From assembly GCA_036652695.1 (NCBI GenBank), contig JAVVVJ010000002.1:4257-68256 (forward strand): 64,000 bases of DNA. Reading direction: 5' to 3'. This DNA comes from Clostridia bacterium (GTDB lineage: Bacteria > Bacillota > Clostridia > Christensenellales > Aristaeellaceae). Both the position numbers and the translations under genes were made by a program. The notes beneath the pieces were generated by a model that searched no databases, was not told where the DNA came from, and saw only the letters and a list, made by a program, of their open reading frames with translations. This document shows, one piece after another, positions 9,201 through 18,167 of this stretch. Position 1 is the stretch's first letter. Each line of letters starts with the position of its first letter.

Positions 9201-10468
9201 CGCCGCTTGGAAAGCTAATGATGTCGGTTGGGATCGCGCTCTTTGGCATGACGCCCTTTGGCTGGCGCTTTGCGGGCGCGTTTATCGGTGTATGGATGCT
9301 TCCCGCGCTTTATCTGCTGGCGTTGCAGCTCACGAAGCGCAGAAGCCTTGCAACCGTAGCGATGCTCGCCCTTACCTTTGATTTGATGCACTATACCCAA
9401 ACACGCATCGCAACCATTGATTCCTTCCCGGTGCTCTTTATCATTTTGAGCTATCTGCTGATGGCGCGCTATATGCAAACCGACGTGTTTGCCGTTGGTG
9501 CTGGAGAAAAGCCGCGCCTGTTTACCAAAGCCTATTGGCGAAGCCTGATTCCGCTGGCGCTATGCGGGCTTTGCATGGGGCTTTCCATCGCGAGCAAGTG
9601 GATCGGCCTGTATTCGGCGGTCGGCTTGGCGGTGCTGTTCTTCATCGCCGTGTACCGGCAGTATCGCGTTGGCAATATCGCCTATGCCTATTGCGCCGAG
9701 GACGCCGACGAGGAGCCAAATGAAAACCGCCGTGCGCGCATCTTTGGTGCGCAGGAATTTGCACTAAAGCGCGTTTTTATGACTTGTGGCTTCTGCGTGC
9801 TGTTTTTCATCCTTGTGCCCTGCGTGATCTACTACCTAAGCTACATTCCTTACCTATCGCCCACTGGGCCGGTCACGCTCCAGCGCATCATCGCGGCGCA
9901 GCAGGGCATGCTGAGCTACCACAGCACGCCGGGGCTTGGCATGGATCACCCCTTCCAATCGCCGTGGTGGCAATGGCCGTTTATTTTGAAACCCATGTGG
10001 TTTTCACAGGATAAGTTTGAACCCGATGGGTATGCCGCCACCATCATGTGTATGGGCAACCCATGGGTGTTCTATATCGGTGCGATCTGTATGGTGGCGA
10101 TTATCCTCGCGTTTGTGCTCAAGTATGTCAAGCTGCGCGATGGCGTAAGGCTGCGCCGGGGCGATGGCGACTTGACGCTTTGCGTTGTGATCATCGGCTT
10201 TATGGCGCAGTACCTGCCGTGGGTGCTGGTGCCGCGCAGCATGTACATGTATCATTACTTCGCTAGCGTGCCCTTTATCATCCTTGCCACGGTATGGATG
10301 ATCGGAAAAATTCCCGATAGCCGCCGTGCGTGGCGGCGCGGCGTGATCGCGCTGTATGTGGCAGGAGCCATTGCGTTCTTTGTGATGTTTTTCCCCTATG
10401 CCTCTGGCTGGCTGACTAGTACAAGCTGGCTGGATGCCATGAAATGGTTCTCCAAGCTCTACTATTAA
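6296..10468 (+). CDS. 1390-aa polytopic membrane protein: signal/anchor + CBM4/9-like jelly-roll + GT-C module (DYPPGY, ALG6/DUF2029-like) + extracytoplasmic beta-rich domain + PMT/GT39-type phospholipid-carrier-dependent glycosyltransferase module
   Basis: The ATG overlaps the rnhB stop (ATGA). The N-terminus NLLPNGGFEQLD...KAYFDDIQLEK is typical of CBM4_9. Many hydrophobic helices follow, with CDYPPGYMLLLWP. The second module carries FDEIYHARTAYEHL...THPPLGKLMM, the PMT loop-1 DE motif, and a PMT_4TMC-like C-terminus. Confidence 0.85.
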   Translation: MKRVCAFLICMLCLLLPLFSLAEGAQNLLPNGGFEQLDSAGDPDGWYITAYRTQQGYSRLFVTSERAHSGIRSAVIENASANDARYTCTVRVEPETLYRLSGYVFVERMEEEGNGANLAIEGLYAFSDCFYQTSGGWEYMEWYGETGENQTELTLGVRIGGYGAESVGKAYFDDIQLEKVDALPTGVSASIWYNMQPPAAAKPETDAVPAKSTLLFVLLGFAFLLLYLLSKPLLRQKKERYASLAFGALMLLALIARVLLARSVPGYQVDINCFSAWSLRMAENGPAGFYSPDYFCDYPPGYMLLLWPCGFLLKAVGYGTPAGLLVVKLVPIVCDMLGAIALYAYAVKRVGRTPAAFVACLYALNPAVLVNGAAWGQVDSLLALLMLCTAIQAMERKWQFALPLFVVSALMKPQALLFAPIGGIWLILCLVRERESMAAQLKRIAIGLGFSVLCALCIVVPFSIGQEKPVGWLVELYGKTLSSYAHATLNTANLYYLAGANWADLNAVAPWLLPALTALASCAFGIGLLWREKKQTNALSLRKKRTLLALCSFALAVAQALVWIFAGNYAAYGYAMMVYCFAYAIVCMCVDPKPEGLPFYMALALIGIYLLGVKVHERYLFPALALLLLSYITTKDRRALHLCVGFSITTFLNTAIVLDNSILFGAAQGHLNPDTLALNVVLCVVNLLLCGYAGYIALSGLRETVEAPTPEVAEEETQTTPPAYKQMLLEPMDARLHLTLRDWLVMGVTTVLYGVLAFSNLGSTVAPQDGWISTSPDEQIIFELPQSQSFKVLYYAGVSYNGFSIAVSEDGQSWSNDFYCEMREGLCYRWNYACQSEIVEEQPDFAKKLPDDVRRFHDQYVRLNTSTDGVLWLKGKYLRLNADEAGLNLFEIALRDANDELIPLTVVKHTGANESLLADAKPAQNLLNEQNTCVGEPGWFTGTYFDEIYHARTAYEHLHGQAPYETTHPPLGKLMMSVGIALFGMTPFGWRFAGAFIGVWMLPALYLLALQLTKRRSLATVAMLALTFDLMHYTQTRIATIDSFPVLFIILSYLLMARYMQTDVFAVGAGEKPRLFTKAYWRSLIPLALCGLCMGLSIASKWIGLYSAVGLAVLFFIAVYRQYRVGNIAYAYCAEDADEEPNENRRARIFGAQEFALKRVFMTCGFCVLFFILVPCVIYYLSYIPYLSPTGPVTLQRIIAAQQGMLSYHSTPGLGMDHPFQSPWWQWPFILKPMWFSQDKFEPDGYAATIMCMGNPWVFYIGAICMVAIILAFVLKYVKLRDGVRLRRGDGDLTLCVVIIGFMAQYLPWVLVPRSMYMYHYFASVPFIILATVWMIGKIPDSRRAWRRGVIALYVAGAIAFFVMFFPYASGWLTSTSWLDAMKWFSKLYY

Positions 10469-10485
10469 ACCTCACAGATAGAAGG

Positions 10486-12030
10486 ATGGTTACAAAAGTG
10501 CTTGCAAAGACGATCTCCTGCGGGCTGGACGGTGTAAACGGCTACCCTGTGGAGGTGGAGGCCTTTATTGGCAACGGGCTTGCTGGCTTTGAGATCGTCG
10601 GCCTGCCAAGCGCCGCCGTCAAGGAAAGCCGTGACCGCATCCGTGCCGCAATCGCGGTAAGCGGCTTTCCTTTCCCATTTGGCAAGGTGACGGTGAACCT
10701 TGCCCCGGCGAATGTCAAAAAGGAAGGCACGGGCTTTGAGTTAGCGATTGCCATTGCGCTGCTGGCCTCCAAATGGCCGCAGCTGATGGCGCAGCTTGAA
10801 AATACGATGCTGCTGGGGGAGCTTTCCCTACAGGGGCGGCTCATGCCGATACGCGGCGCACTTGGCATGGTGATTACCGCCGCAGAGCAGGGAATCCGTC
10901 ACGTGGTGCTGCCCCGCCAGAACGCCAAGGAATGTGAATGCGTGAGTGAGGTAAACGTCTATCCGGCGGAAACGCTTGCGGAGGTCTGCGCGCATTTGAC
11001 GGGCAAAGCTCCCCTTGCGCCAACCCCGCATGTGAGCTATGAGCAGCTTTTGACAACAAAGGAAATTGCGCATGACCTCAAATATGTAAAAGGGCAGGCC
11101 ATTGCGCGGCGCGCGCTGGAGGTGGCTGCCGCAGGTGGGCATAACATGCTGATGGTGGGCATCCCGGGCAGCGGAAAAACCATGCTTGCACGTTGTCTGC
11201 CGGGCATTTTGCCGCCGCTCATCTATGCTGAGGCGCTGGAGACCACACTGATCCATTCCGCAGCGGGGGAGCTTTACGAAAATGCGGGGCTGATGATCGA
11301 GCGCCCCTTCCGTTCGCCGCACCACAGCATTTCACTGCCCGCGATGATCGGCGGCGGGGCAAAGGCAAGGCCGGGCGAGGTATCGCTCGCACATAACGGC
11401 GTGCTCTTTTTGGATGAGCTGCCGGAGTTTCAGCGCGGCACGCTGGAGGCGCTCCGTCAGCCGTTGGAGGATGGCTCGGTGAACATCCTACGCGTAAATG
11501 GGCAGAATCGCTACCAGAGCGGCTGCATGCTGCTGGCGGGCATGAACCCCTGCCCCTGCGGAAACTTTGGCAGCAGGCATAAGGAATGCCGCTGCACTGC
11601 CGCCGAAATCAAGCGATATCTAGGCAGGATCAGCGGGCCGCTGCTGGATCGCATTGATATTCAGGTGGAGATGGATGCAGTATCCATTGAAGAGATCGAA
11701 AGCGCGGGCGAGCAGGAGGACAGCCGCACCGTGCGCACACGCGTTCAGCGCGCACGTGAGCTTCAGCAAACGCGCTACCAAAAGCTTGGTTATTATTGCA
11801 ACGCCCAGCTTGATCAGCAGGGGATGGACGCTTTTTGCGGCTTGGAACCTGACGCGCACCGGCTGCTGCATCAGGCCATGGAACGCTTTCACATCAGCAT
11901 GCGCACCTATGGGCGCATCCGCAAAGTGGCGCGCACCATTGCTGATTTGTCCGCAAGCGAAATGATCCGGGCGCAGGATGTGGCACAGGCAATCCAGTAC
12001 CGAAATGTGGATGGGAGGTATTGGCGGTGA
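10486..12030 (+). CDS. comM: YifB/ComM family Mg-chelatase-like AAA+ ATPase
   Basis: Lon-protease-like N-terminal domain (GFEIVGLP...ESRDRIR). Walker A is GIPGSGKTMLA. Also present: LFLDELPEF and a Cys cluster NPCPCGNFGS..CRC. An alternative GTG start lies at 10498. Confidence 0.9.
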   Translation: MVTKVLAKTISCGLDGVNGYPVEVEAFIGNGLAGFEIVGLPSAAVKESRDRIRAAIAVSGFPFPFGKVTVNLAPANVKKEGTGFELAIAIALLASKWPQLMAQLENTMLLGELSLQGRLMPIRGALGMVITAAEQGIRHVVLPRQNAKECECVSEVNVYPAETLAEVCAHLTGKAPLAPTPHVSYEQLLTTKEIAHDLKYVKGQAIARRALEVAAAGGHNMLMVGIPGSGKTMLARCLPGILPPLIYAEALETTLIHSAAGELYENAGLMIERPFRSPHHSISLPAMIGGGAKARPGEVSLAHNGVLFLDELPEFQRGTLEALRQPLEDGSVNILRVNGQNRYQSGCMLLAGMNPCPCGNFGSRHKECRCTAAEIKRYLGRISGPLLDRIDIQVEMDAVSIEEIESAGEQEDSRTVRTRVQRARELQQTRYQKLGYYCNAQLDQQGMDAFCGLEPDAHRLLHQAMERFHISMRTYGRIRKVARTIADLSASEMIRAQDVAQAIQYRNVDGRYWR

Positions 12031-12032
12031 GC

Positions 12033-13139
12033 ATGCTTTTGACAAGCGAACAAAAATGTTTGCTGTGGCTCTCCAATGGTGAAATTGCAGCGCGGCGCGC
12101 ACAGGAGCTAATGGCTGTTTACGGCGGTGCGCAAGGCGTATGGGATGCTTTTGGCAAACGCGAGGGTCCGCGCTTTTTAGCAGGCGCGCAGGAGATTCTA
12201 TCGCGACTACATTCCGTTGACGCCATCGATGGTCTTTGTGAAAAGCTGACGCAAAAAAACGTTCATTTGCTTTTTCAAGATGATGAGGCGTACCCGGAGC
12301 TTTTGAGCGCCATTCCTGATCCGCCTTACCTGCTCTACTATGCGGGCAAGCTGGAATGCCTTGCGAGGACATGCGTTGCAGTGGTAGGTACGCGCCTTAG
12401 CAGCTCCTACGGTGACGAAATGGCTCACATGCTCGCGACCGGCCTAAGCGAGGCGGGCGTGTGCGTGGTGAGCGGCCTCGCGCGCGGCATTGACGCGGCG
12501 GCGCACAAGGCCGTACTGGACGCGGGCGGGAGAACCATCGGCGTGCTTGGCAGCGGTATTAACGTGCCTTATCCACCGGAGCATACCGCCATGCTCCGCA
12601 AAATCGCTGGAGGAATTGGCCTCATCCTTAGCGAATATCCGTTGGACGCAGAGCCAAAGTCATTCCATTTTCCCTATCGCAACCGGATTATTTCGGGTCT
12701 GAGCGTTGGGGTGATTTTTGTGGAGGGCAAGGTGAAAAGCGGCGGCATGCACACGGTGAGCTCCGCGCTTGAGCAGGGACGCGAAGTTTTTGCCGTGCCT
12801 GGCCGCGTGGGCACTGCATACAGCGTGGGTCCTCATACCATACTGCGTGAGGGAGCGCGCATTGCGACCAGCGCGCGTGATGTGCTGGATGACCTCGGTA
12901 TCAATGAGGAAACGCCGGAAGCTTGTGCGCCGCAGCAGGTGTCGGAGCGCTGTGGACCCTGCCAGCGCAAGATCCTTGACGCTCTGCGCGTAGAGCCGCT
13001 GGGCATTGCAGAGCTGGCGCTGCAAACCGCTGAAAGCACAGATACGTTGCTTGTGGAGCTTGGCTTGCTGGAAATTATGGGCAAGGTGAACCGTGAGGCG
13101 GGAAACCGCTTTGCGTTGCCGCTTTTGCCTCATCCATAG
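12033..13139 (+). CDS. dprA: DNA-processing protein DprA (Smf)
   Basis: VAVVGTRLSSSYG...VVSGLARGIDAAAHKAVL...GVLGSGINVPYPPEH...FPYRNRIISGLS. The start immediately follows the comM stop. The ORF track opens at TTG 12021. Confidence 0.9.
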   Translation: MLLTSEQKCLLWLSNGEIAARRAQELMAVYGGAQGVWDAFGKREGPRFLAGAQEILSRLHSVDAIDGLCEKLTQKNVHLLFQDDEAYPELLSAIPDPPYLLYYAGKLECLARTCVAVVGTRLSSSYGDEMAHMLATGLSEAGVCVVSGLARGIDAAAHKAVLDAGGRTIGVLGSGINVPYPPEHTAMLRKIAGGIGLILSEYPLDAEPKSFHFPYRNRIISGLSVGVIFVEGKVKSGGMHTVSSALEQGREVFAVPGRVGTAYSVGPHTILREGARIATSARDVLDDLGINEETPEACAPQQVSERCGPCQRKILDALRVEPLGIAELALQTAESTDTLLVELGLLEIMGKVNREAGNRFALPLLPHP

Positions 13140-13199
13140 AGGAGAGCCTAACGGCGGACCTTTGTTACTCGGTTCTGATTTGGAAAGGATGGTTATCGA

Positions 13200-15329
13200 A
13201 TGGCAACAACAACACAGCCTCAAAAGCTTGTCATCGTAGAATCCCCCGCAAAAGCCAAGACGATTGAAAAGTTTTTGGGAAAAGGCTATAAGGTGGAGGC
13301 GTCTCAGGGACATGTGCGCGATTTGCCAAAATCGCAGATTGGCGTGGACACCAGCAATGATTTTGAAATGAAGTACATCACCATACGCGGCCGAGGCAAG
13401 ATTCTGGCGCGTATCAAGAAAGAAGCCAAAAGCGCCTCGCGCGTCTTTCTCGCAACTGACCCTGACCGCGAGGGGGAAGCAATTTCTTGGCATCTGGCTC
13501 AAACGCTGGGCATTGATCCCCTCAAGCCATGCCGCATCGAATTTCATGAGATCACAAAAAAGGCGGTCAAGGAGGCCATTGAACATCCCCGCGCCATTGA
13601 CATGGATCGCGTGGATGCGCAGCAGGCGCGCCGGGCGCTGGATCGCCTCGTGGGCTACAAAATCAGCCCCCTGCTATGGGCAAAGGTGAAAAAGGGGCTT
13701 TCCGCAGGCCGTGTGCAGAGCGTGGCTACGCGCATGGTTGTGGAGCGCGAGCAGGAAATCGAGGCCTTTTTACCGGAAGAATACTGGGATATCAGCGGCC
13801 AATTTGCCGCGCCTAGCCAAAAGGGCAAAAAGATGGCCTGCGAAGCAAAGCTTGTGAGCATCGATGGCAAGAAGGCGACCATCCATCATGAGGATGAAGC
13901 CATGTTTGCGAAGAAGCGCATCATGGAGGCTACCTTTTCCGTTAAAAGCAGCAAATCGGGCGATAAACTAAAACGCCCACAGCCGCCATTTACCACATCC
14001 AGCCTTCAGCAGGAGGCCAGCCGCAAGCTGAACTTCTCCACCGCGAAAACCATGCAGGTGGTGCAGCAGCTCTATGAGGGAATCGATCTTGGTAAGGCGG
14101 GTACGGTCGGCTTGGTCACGTATATCCGTACCGATAGCGTTCGCGTGGCCGATGAGGCAGTTGTAGCTGCGCGCACGTACCTCACCAACCAGTATGGCGC
14201 GGAATACTGCCCGGAGCAGCCCAACCAGTATAAGGGGCGTAAAAATGCGCAGGACGCGCATGAGGCCATTCGCCCCACCTATGTGGATCATACGCCGGAT
14301 AGCGTGAAGGCGTCCTTAACCCGCGAGCAATATAACCTGTATAAGCTCATTTACGCGCGCTTTCTTGCCAGCCAAATGAAGCCCGCCGCGTTCCAGACGC
14401 TTACCATGGACATCCTAGGCGATGGCATGGATATGCGCTACTATGGCGAGCATATGACCTTTGCTGGCTACCGCGCCGTATATATTGAAAGCACGGATGA
14501 CGAGCAGGAGGAGCCAGAGAGCGTGCTTCCCGTGCTTTCGGAGGGCGATGCCGTTGTGTTTACCGCCGTGGATGCGGCGCAGCATTTCACCCAACCGCCC
14601 GCGCGCTTTACCGAGGCTAGCCTTGTTAAAACGCTGGAAGAAAACGGAATTGGTCGCCCGAGCACCTATGCGCCCACCATCACTACCATTATCGCGCGCG
14701 GGTATGTGAGCCGCGAAAAGAAGCGCTTGTTCCCAACGGAGCTGGGGCGCATGGTGACCAGCATGATGACCGAGTATTTTGCACCGATTGTGGATACGGA
14801 GTTCACCGCTTCCTTGGAGGATCGGCTGGATACGGTGGAGGAGGGCGCTGCCGAGTGGCGGCAAATCCTTCGTGAATTTTACCCACCCTTTGAGGCAATG
14901 CTTGACGTGGCCGAGGAGAAAATCGAAAAGATCGAGGTCAAGGATGAGGTCAGCGATGTGCAATGCGATAAATGCGGCGCAATGATGGTTTACAAGATGG
15001 GGCGCTTTGGCAGATTTTTGGCTTGCCCCAACTTTCCCACCTGCCGTAATGCAAAACCCATCTTGCACTATATCGATGCGTCATGCCCCAAATGCGGCGC
15101 GCGCCTCATGGAAAAGACCAGCAAGAAAAACCGCAAGTTCTACGGCTGCGAAAAATATCCGGAATGCGATTTTGTAAGTTGGGAGAAACCCATTATGGAT
15201 CGCTGTCCGCAATGCGGCAGCTATATGGTGGAAAAGCGCGGGAAGCGCGGGGAGATGATCCACCTTTGCGCAAACGAAACCTGCCGCTGCAAGGTGATTG
15301 TCCCAGACGATGGTGAAAAGGAAAGTTAA
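13200..15329 (+). CDS. topA: DNA topoisomerase I (type IA)
   Basis: TOPRIM N-terminus LVIVESPAKAKTIEKFLG, active-site region YIRTDS, and C-terminal zinc-ribbon CxxC repeats. Confidence 0.95.
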   Translation: MATTTQPQKLVIVESPAKAKTIEKFLGKGYKVEASQGHVRDLPKSQIGVDTSNDFEMKYITIRGRGKILARIKKEAKSASRVFLATDPDREGEAISWHLAQTLGIDPLKPCRIEFHEITKKAVKEAIEHPRAIDMDRVDAQQARRALDRLVGYKISPLLWAKVKKGLSAGRVQSVATRMVVEREQEIEAFLPEEYWDISGQFAAPSQKGKKMACEAKLVSIDGKKATIHHEDEAMFAKKRIMEATFSVKSSKSGDKLKRPQPPFTTSSLQQEASRKLNFSTAKTMQVVQQLYEGIDLGKAGTVGLVTYIRTDSVRVADEAVVAARTYLTNQYGAEYCPEQPNQYKGRKNAQDAHEAIRPTYVDHTPDSVKASLTREQYNLYKLIYARFLASQMKPAAFQTLTMDILGDGMDMRYYGEHMTFAGYRAVYIESTDDEQEEPESVLPVLSEGDAVVFTAVDAAQHFTQPPARFTEASLVKTLEENGIGRPSTYAPTITTIIARGYVSREKKRLFPTELGRMVTSMMTEYFAPIVDTEFTASLEDRLDTVEEGAAEWRQILREFYPPFEAMLDVAEEKIEKIEVKDEVSDVQCDKCGAMMVYKMGRFGRFLACPNFPTCRNAKPILHYIDASCPKCGARLMEKTSKKNRKFYGCEKYPECDFVSWEKPIMDRCPQCGSYMVEKRGKRGEMIHLCANETCRCKVIVPDDGEKES

Positions 15330-15375
15330 GGCTAGGTAGAGGGCACATTTGCAAATGCAAAAGGATGGTTATGGA

Positions 15376-16698
15376 ATGAACGTAACGATTATCGGCGGCG
15401 GTTTGGCTGGGTGTGAAGCGGCATGGCAGCTTGCCAGCCGCGGCGTAACGGTTGAGCTGTATGAGATGAAGCCGAATCAAAAAAACCCCGCGCAGCAGCT
15501 GTCCACTATGGCGGAGCTTGTATGCAGCAACAGCCTTCGCAGCGACCGCCTGAGCAACGCGGTTGGCCTTTTAAAAGCGGAAATGCGCAAGCTTGGCTCG
15601 CTGATTATGCATGTCGCGGACGATACCGCCGTACCTGCGGGTGGAGCGCTCGCAGTGGACAGGGTCAGCTTTTCACAACAAATCGACGCAGCGATTCGCA
15701 ATCATCCGCAAATTTCCGTGCATGACGAGGAAATTTGCGAAATACCAGCGCAGGGAACCGTGGTGATCGCTACGGGGCCGCTCACCAGCGATGCGCTTTC
15801 CAATGACATCGCGCGGTTAAGCGGACTTTCCACCTTGCATTTTTATGACGCTGCCGCGCCGATTGTAACCGCAGACAGCCTTGATATGAGCAAGGTTTTT
15901 CGCATGTCGCGCTATGAACGGGGGGAGGATTACCTCAACTGCCCTATGACGCGCGAGGAGTACATGGCGTTTACCCATGCGCTGCAAACCGCCGAAACCG
16001 TAGAGATCCATGGCTTTGAGGAAAAGGCGGTGTTCGAGGGCTGCATGCCTATTGAAAGCATGGCAAAGCGCGGCGATTTATCCATTGCCTTTGGACCCCT
16101 AAAGCCTGTGGGGCTATGCGACCCGCGTACAGGCAAGGAGCCTTTCGCGGTGGTACAGCTTCGGCAGGACAACTATTCCGGTTCGCTCTATAACTTGGTT
16201 GGCTTTCAAACGCGGTTGACCTACCCGGAGCAACGGCGCGTCTTTGGGATGATTCCTGGGCTGGAAACGGCGGAATTCGCTCGCCTTGGCGTGATGCATC
16301 GCAATACTTTCCTGAATAGCCCCGGCTTTTTGGATGATACCTATCGCGTACTGGGGCAGGAGAGGCTCTCCTTTGCCGGGCAGATTACCGGTGTGGAGGG
16401 CTATGTGGAAAGCGCGGCAAGCGGATTGCTGGTAGGGCTGACGCTCGCGTACCGCGAACGCGGGCTTGAGCCGCCGCGCTTTAGCGGCAAAACGGCGATT
16501 GGCGCGATGGCGCGCTATGTGAGTACCCCCAACAAACGCTTTCAGCCAATGAACTGCGCTTTTGGCTTGATCGACGAGCTGGAAGTTGCGCCAGGCGAAC
16601 GCCGGATTCGTAACAAACAACAGCGGTATGAAAAAATTTCCGAACGAGCTTTGTTGGAGATCGACGCGGCATTTCGACAGTTGGAGCAAGTTCAATAG
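15376..16698 (+). CDS. trmFO: Methylenetetrahydrofolate--tRNA-(uracil-5-)-methyltransferase TrmFO (Gid)
   Basis: MNVTIIGGGLAGCEAAWQLA is an FAD-binding N-terminus. LVCSNSLRS and GQITGVEGYVESAASG are also present. The gene sits in the conserved position after topA. Confidence 0.92.
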   Translation: MNVTIIGGGLAGCEAAWQLASRGVTVELYEMKPNQKNPAQQLSTMAELVCSNSLRSDRLSNAVGLLKAEMRKLGSLIMHVADDTAVPAGGALAVDRVSFSQQIDAAIRNHPQISVHDEEICEIPAQGTVVIATGPLTSDALSNDIARLSGLSTLHFYDAAAPIVTADSLDMSKVFRMSRYERGEDYLNCPMTREEYMAFTHALQTAETVEIHGFEEKAVFEGCMPIESMAKRGDLSIAFGPLKPVGLCDPRTGKEPFAVVQLRQDNYSGSLYNLVGFQTRLTYPEQRRVFGMIPGLETAEFARLGVMHRNTFLNSPGFLDDTYRVLGQERLSFAGQITGVEGYVESAASGLLVGLTLAYRERGLEPPRFSGKTAIGAMARYVSTPNKRFQPMNCAFGLIDELEVAPGERRIRNKQQRYEKISERALLEIDAAFRQLEQVQ

Positions 16699-16748
16699 AG
16701 AATTCAACCCGCAAATGGTACACTCTCAAAATGAGGAGGAAGAAACCA

Positions 16749-18161
16749 ATGAAACGTTTGCTTGCCCTGCTACTAACGATGACACTCCTGCTCAGCTGCC
16801 TGCCGGGTGCGGCCATGGCCAAGAAGAATACGCAGATGCGCGATGGAGTGCCCGTTTGGACGGAGGAAAACGTTCGCAATTACGCACTCGTCTACATTTC
16901 CGGCAAGATGATGAATACCCTTTGGGATTACTATGATTTGCAAATTCGCCGCTACATGCCCATGACCACCTTTGAAAGCATGCTTACGGAGCTGGAATGG
17001 ATGACCGGCGATTTTCTGGCGCTGGGTACCTACAGCAGCTTTGAGGATGCAAAGAACCTGACCAAAACGCATATTTTGCACCTGTGTATGGAAAAACAGG
17101 ATCTGGATATGTACTTCACCCACAAGAACAAGGAGAACGATTGGGAGATTATGGCTGTTGAATTTGTTCCCGCTGAAAAACAAAAGGTCAGTGACACAAG
17201 CGATATGCTTGTTGACGGGGACGTTGAAAATAAGCTTGGCAGCGATGCCTACACTCAGACCGATATCACGGTGGGAACGGCGCCTTATGAGCTCAAGGGG
17301 ATTTTGACCATGCCTACGGAGGCCAGCGCGGAAAAGCCCGTGCCTGCGTGCGTGCTTGTGCATGACCGCGGCGCGCTGGATATGCATAGCACCCAAGGGC
17401 AGACGACCCTTTTTGATGATTTGGCATACGAGCTTGCCGATATGGGTATCGCATCCATCCGTTACGATAAGCGCACCTTCACCTATGGCGAAAGCGATGA
17501 AATGACCGTAAAGGAAGAGGTTGTGGATGACGCGCTTGCCGCCGGGGCTTTGCTTTCCCAAAACGCGTTGGTGGATAAGCGGCGGATTGTGGTGCTCGGG
17601 CATGGCTTTGGCGCGATGCTTGCACCGCGCATCCTGTCGCAATCCAACGGGATTTTTCAGGCCATGGTTCTCATCGGTGGCACGCCCAAAACGCTTTTGA
17701 GCGTTTTGAAGGAAGAGCATGCAAGCGAGCTTGCCGCCATGACGGAAGAAGAGCGCCGTGTGATTGAAAACAGCATCAGAAAAATGGCAGATATGAAAGA
17801 GGAAGATGCGCGCCAGCTTACGCTCTTCGGCCGTAACGGCTACTATTATTGGGAAATGGAGCGCTATGACCCCGTTACGCTGATCAAAACCACAAAGGCG
17901 CCTGCCTATATCTTGCAGGGCAAGAACGATCCAATTGTGAGCGAACATGATGGTTGGCGCGCCTATGCCGATGCGATTGGCGATGTGAATTATGTAAGCA
18001 TAAAGGCGCTGCGTGGGCTGAATCACCTGCTGATGAATGATACAAGCACGCCAGCCGGTCAGCAGCCGACCTATAGCATCGCAACCTCGCTTGACATTCA
18101 AGCGGGCAAGAACATTTCCAACTGGATTTTGGGTCTGTTTCCTGTGGAGGACGATGAATAA
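16749..18161 (+). CDS. Secreted alpha/beta-hydrolase-fold protein (DUF3887-like N-terminal domain) with Gly in place of the nucleophile Ser
   Basis: ATG at 16749 lies 8 nt after GAGGAGGA. Signal peptide: MKRLLALLLTMTLLLSCLPGAAMA. Hydrolase core: ACVLVHDRG...IRYDKRT...VVLGHGFGAML...GKNDPIV...LNHLL. Confidence 0.75.
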   Translation: MKRLLALLLTMTLLLSCLPGAAMAKKNTQMRDGVPVWTEENVRNYALVYISGKMMNTLWDYYDLQIRRYMPMTTFESMLTELEWMTGDFLALGTYSSFEDAKNLTKTHILHLCMEKQDLDMYFTHKNKENDWEIMAVEFVPAEKQKVSDTSDMLVDGDVENKLGSDAYTQTDITVGTAPYELKGILTMPTEASAEKPVPACVLVHDRGALDMHSTQGQTTLFDDLAYELADMGIASIRYDKRTFTYGESDEMTVKEEVVDDALAAGALLSQNALVDKRRIVVLGHGFGAMLAPRILSQSNGIFQAMVLIGGTPKTLLSVLKEEHASELAAMTEEERRVIENSIRKMADMKEEDARQLTLFGRNGYYYWEMERYDPVTLIKTTKAPAYILQGKNDPIVSEHDGWRAYADAIGDVNYVSIKALRGLNHLLMNDTSTPAGQQPTYSIATSLDIQAGKNISNWILGLFPVEDDE

Positions 18162-18167
18162 AAGGAT

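Noticed and set aside
10486-13139. The comM-dprA pair as a possible competence or DNA-uptake island.
   Set aside because: Both genes are widely conserved housekeeping genes in non-competent Firmicutes and sit here in the conserved dprA-topA-trmFO context. No com pilus or channel genes are nearby.
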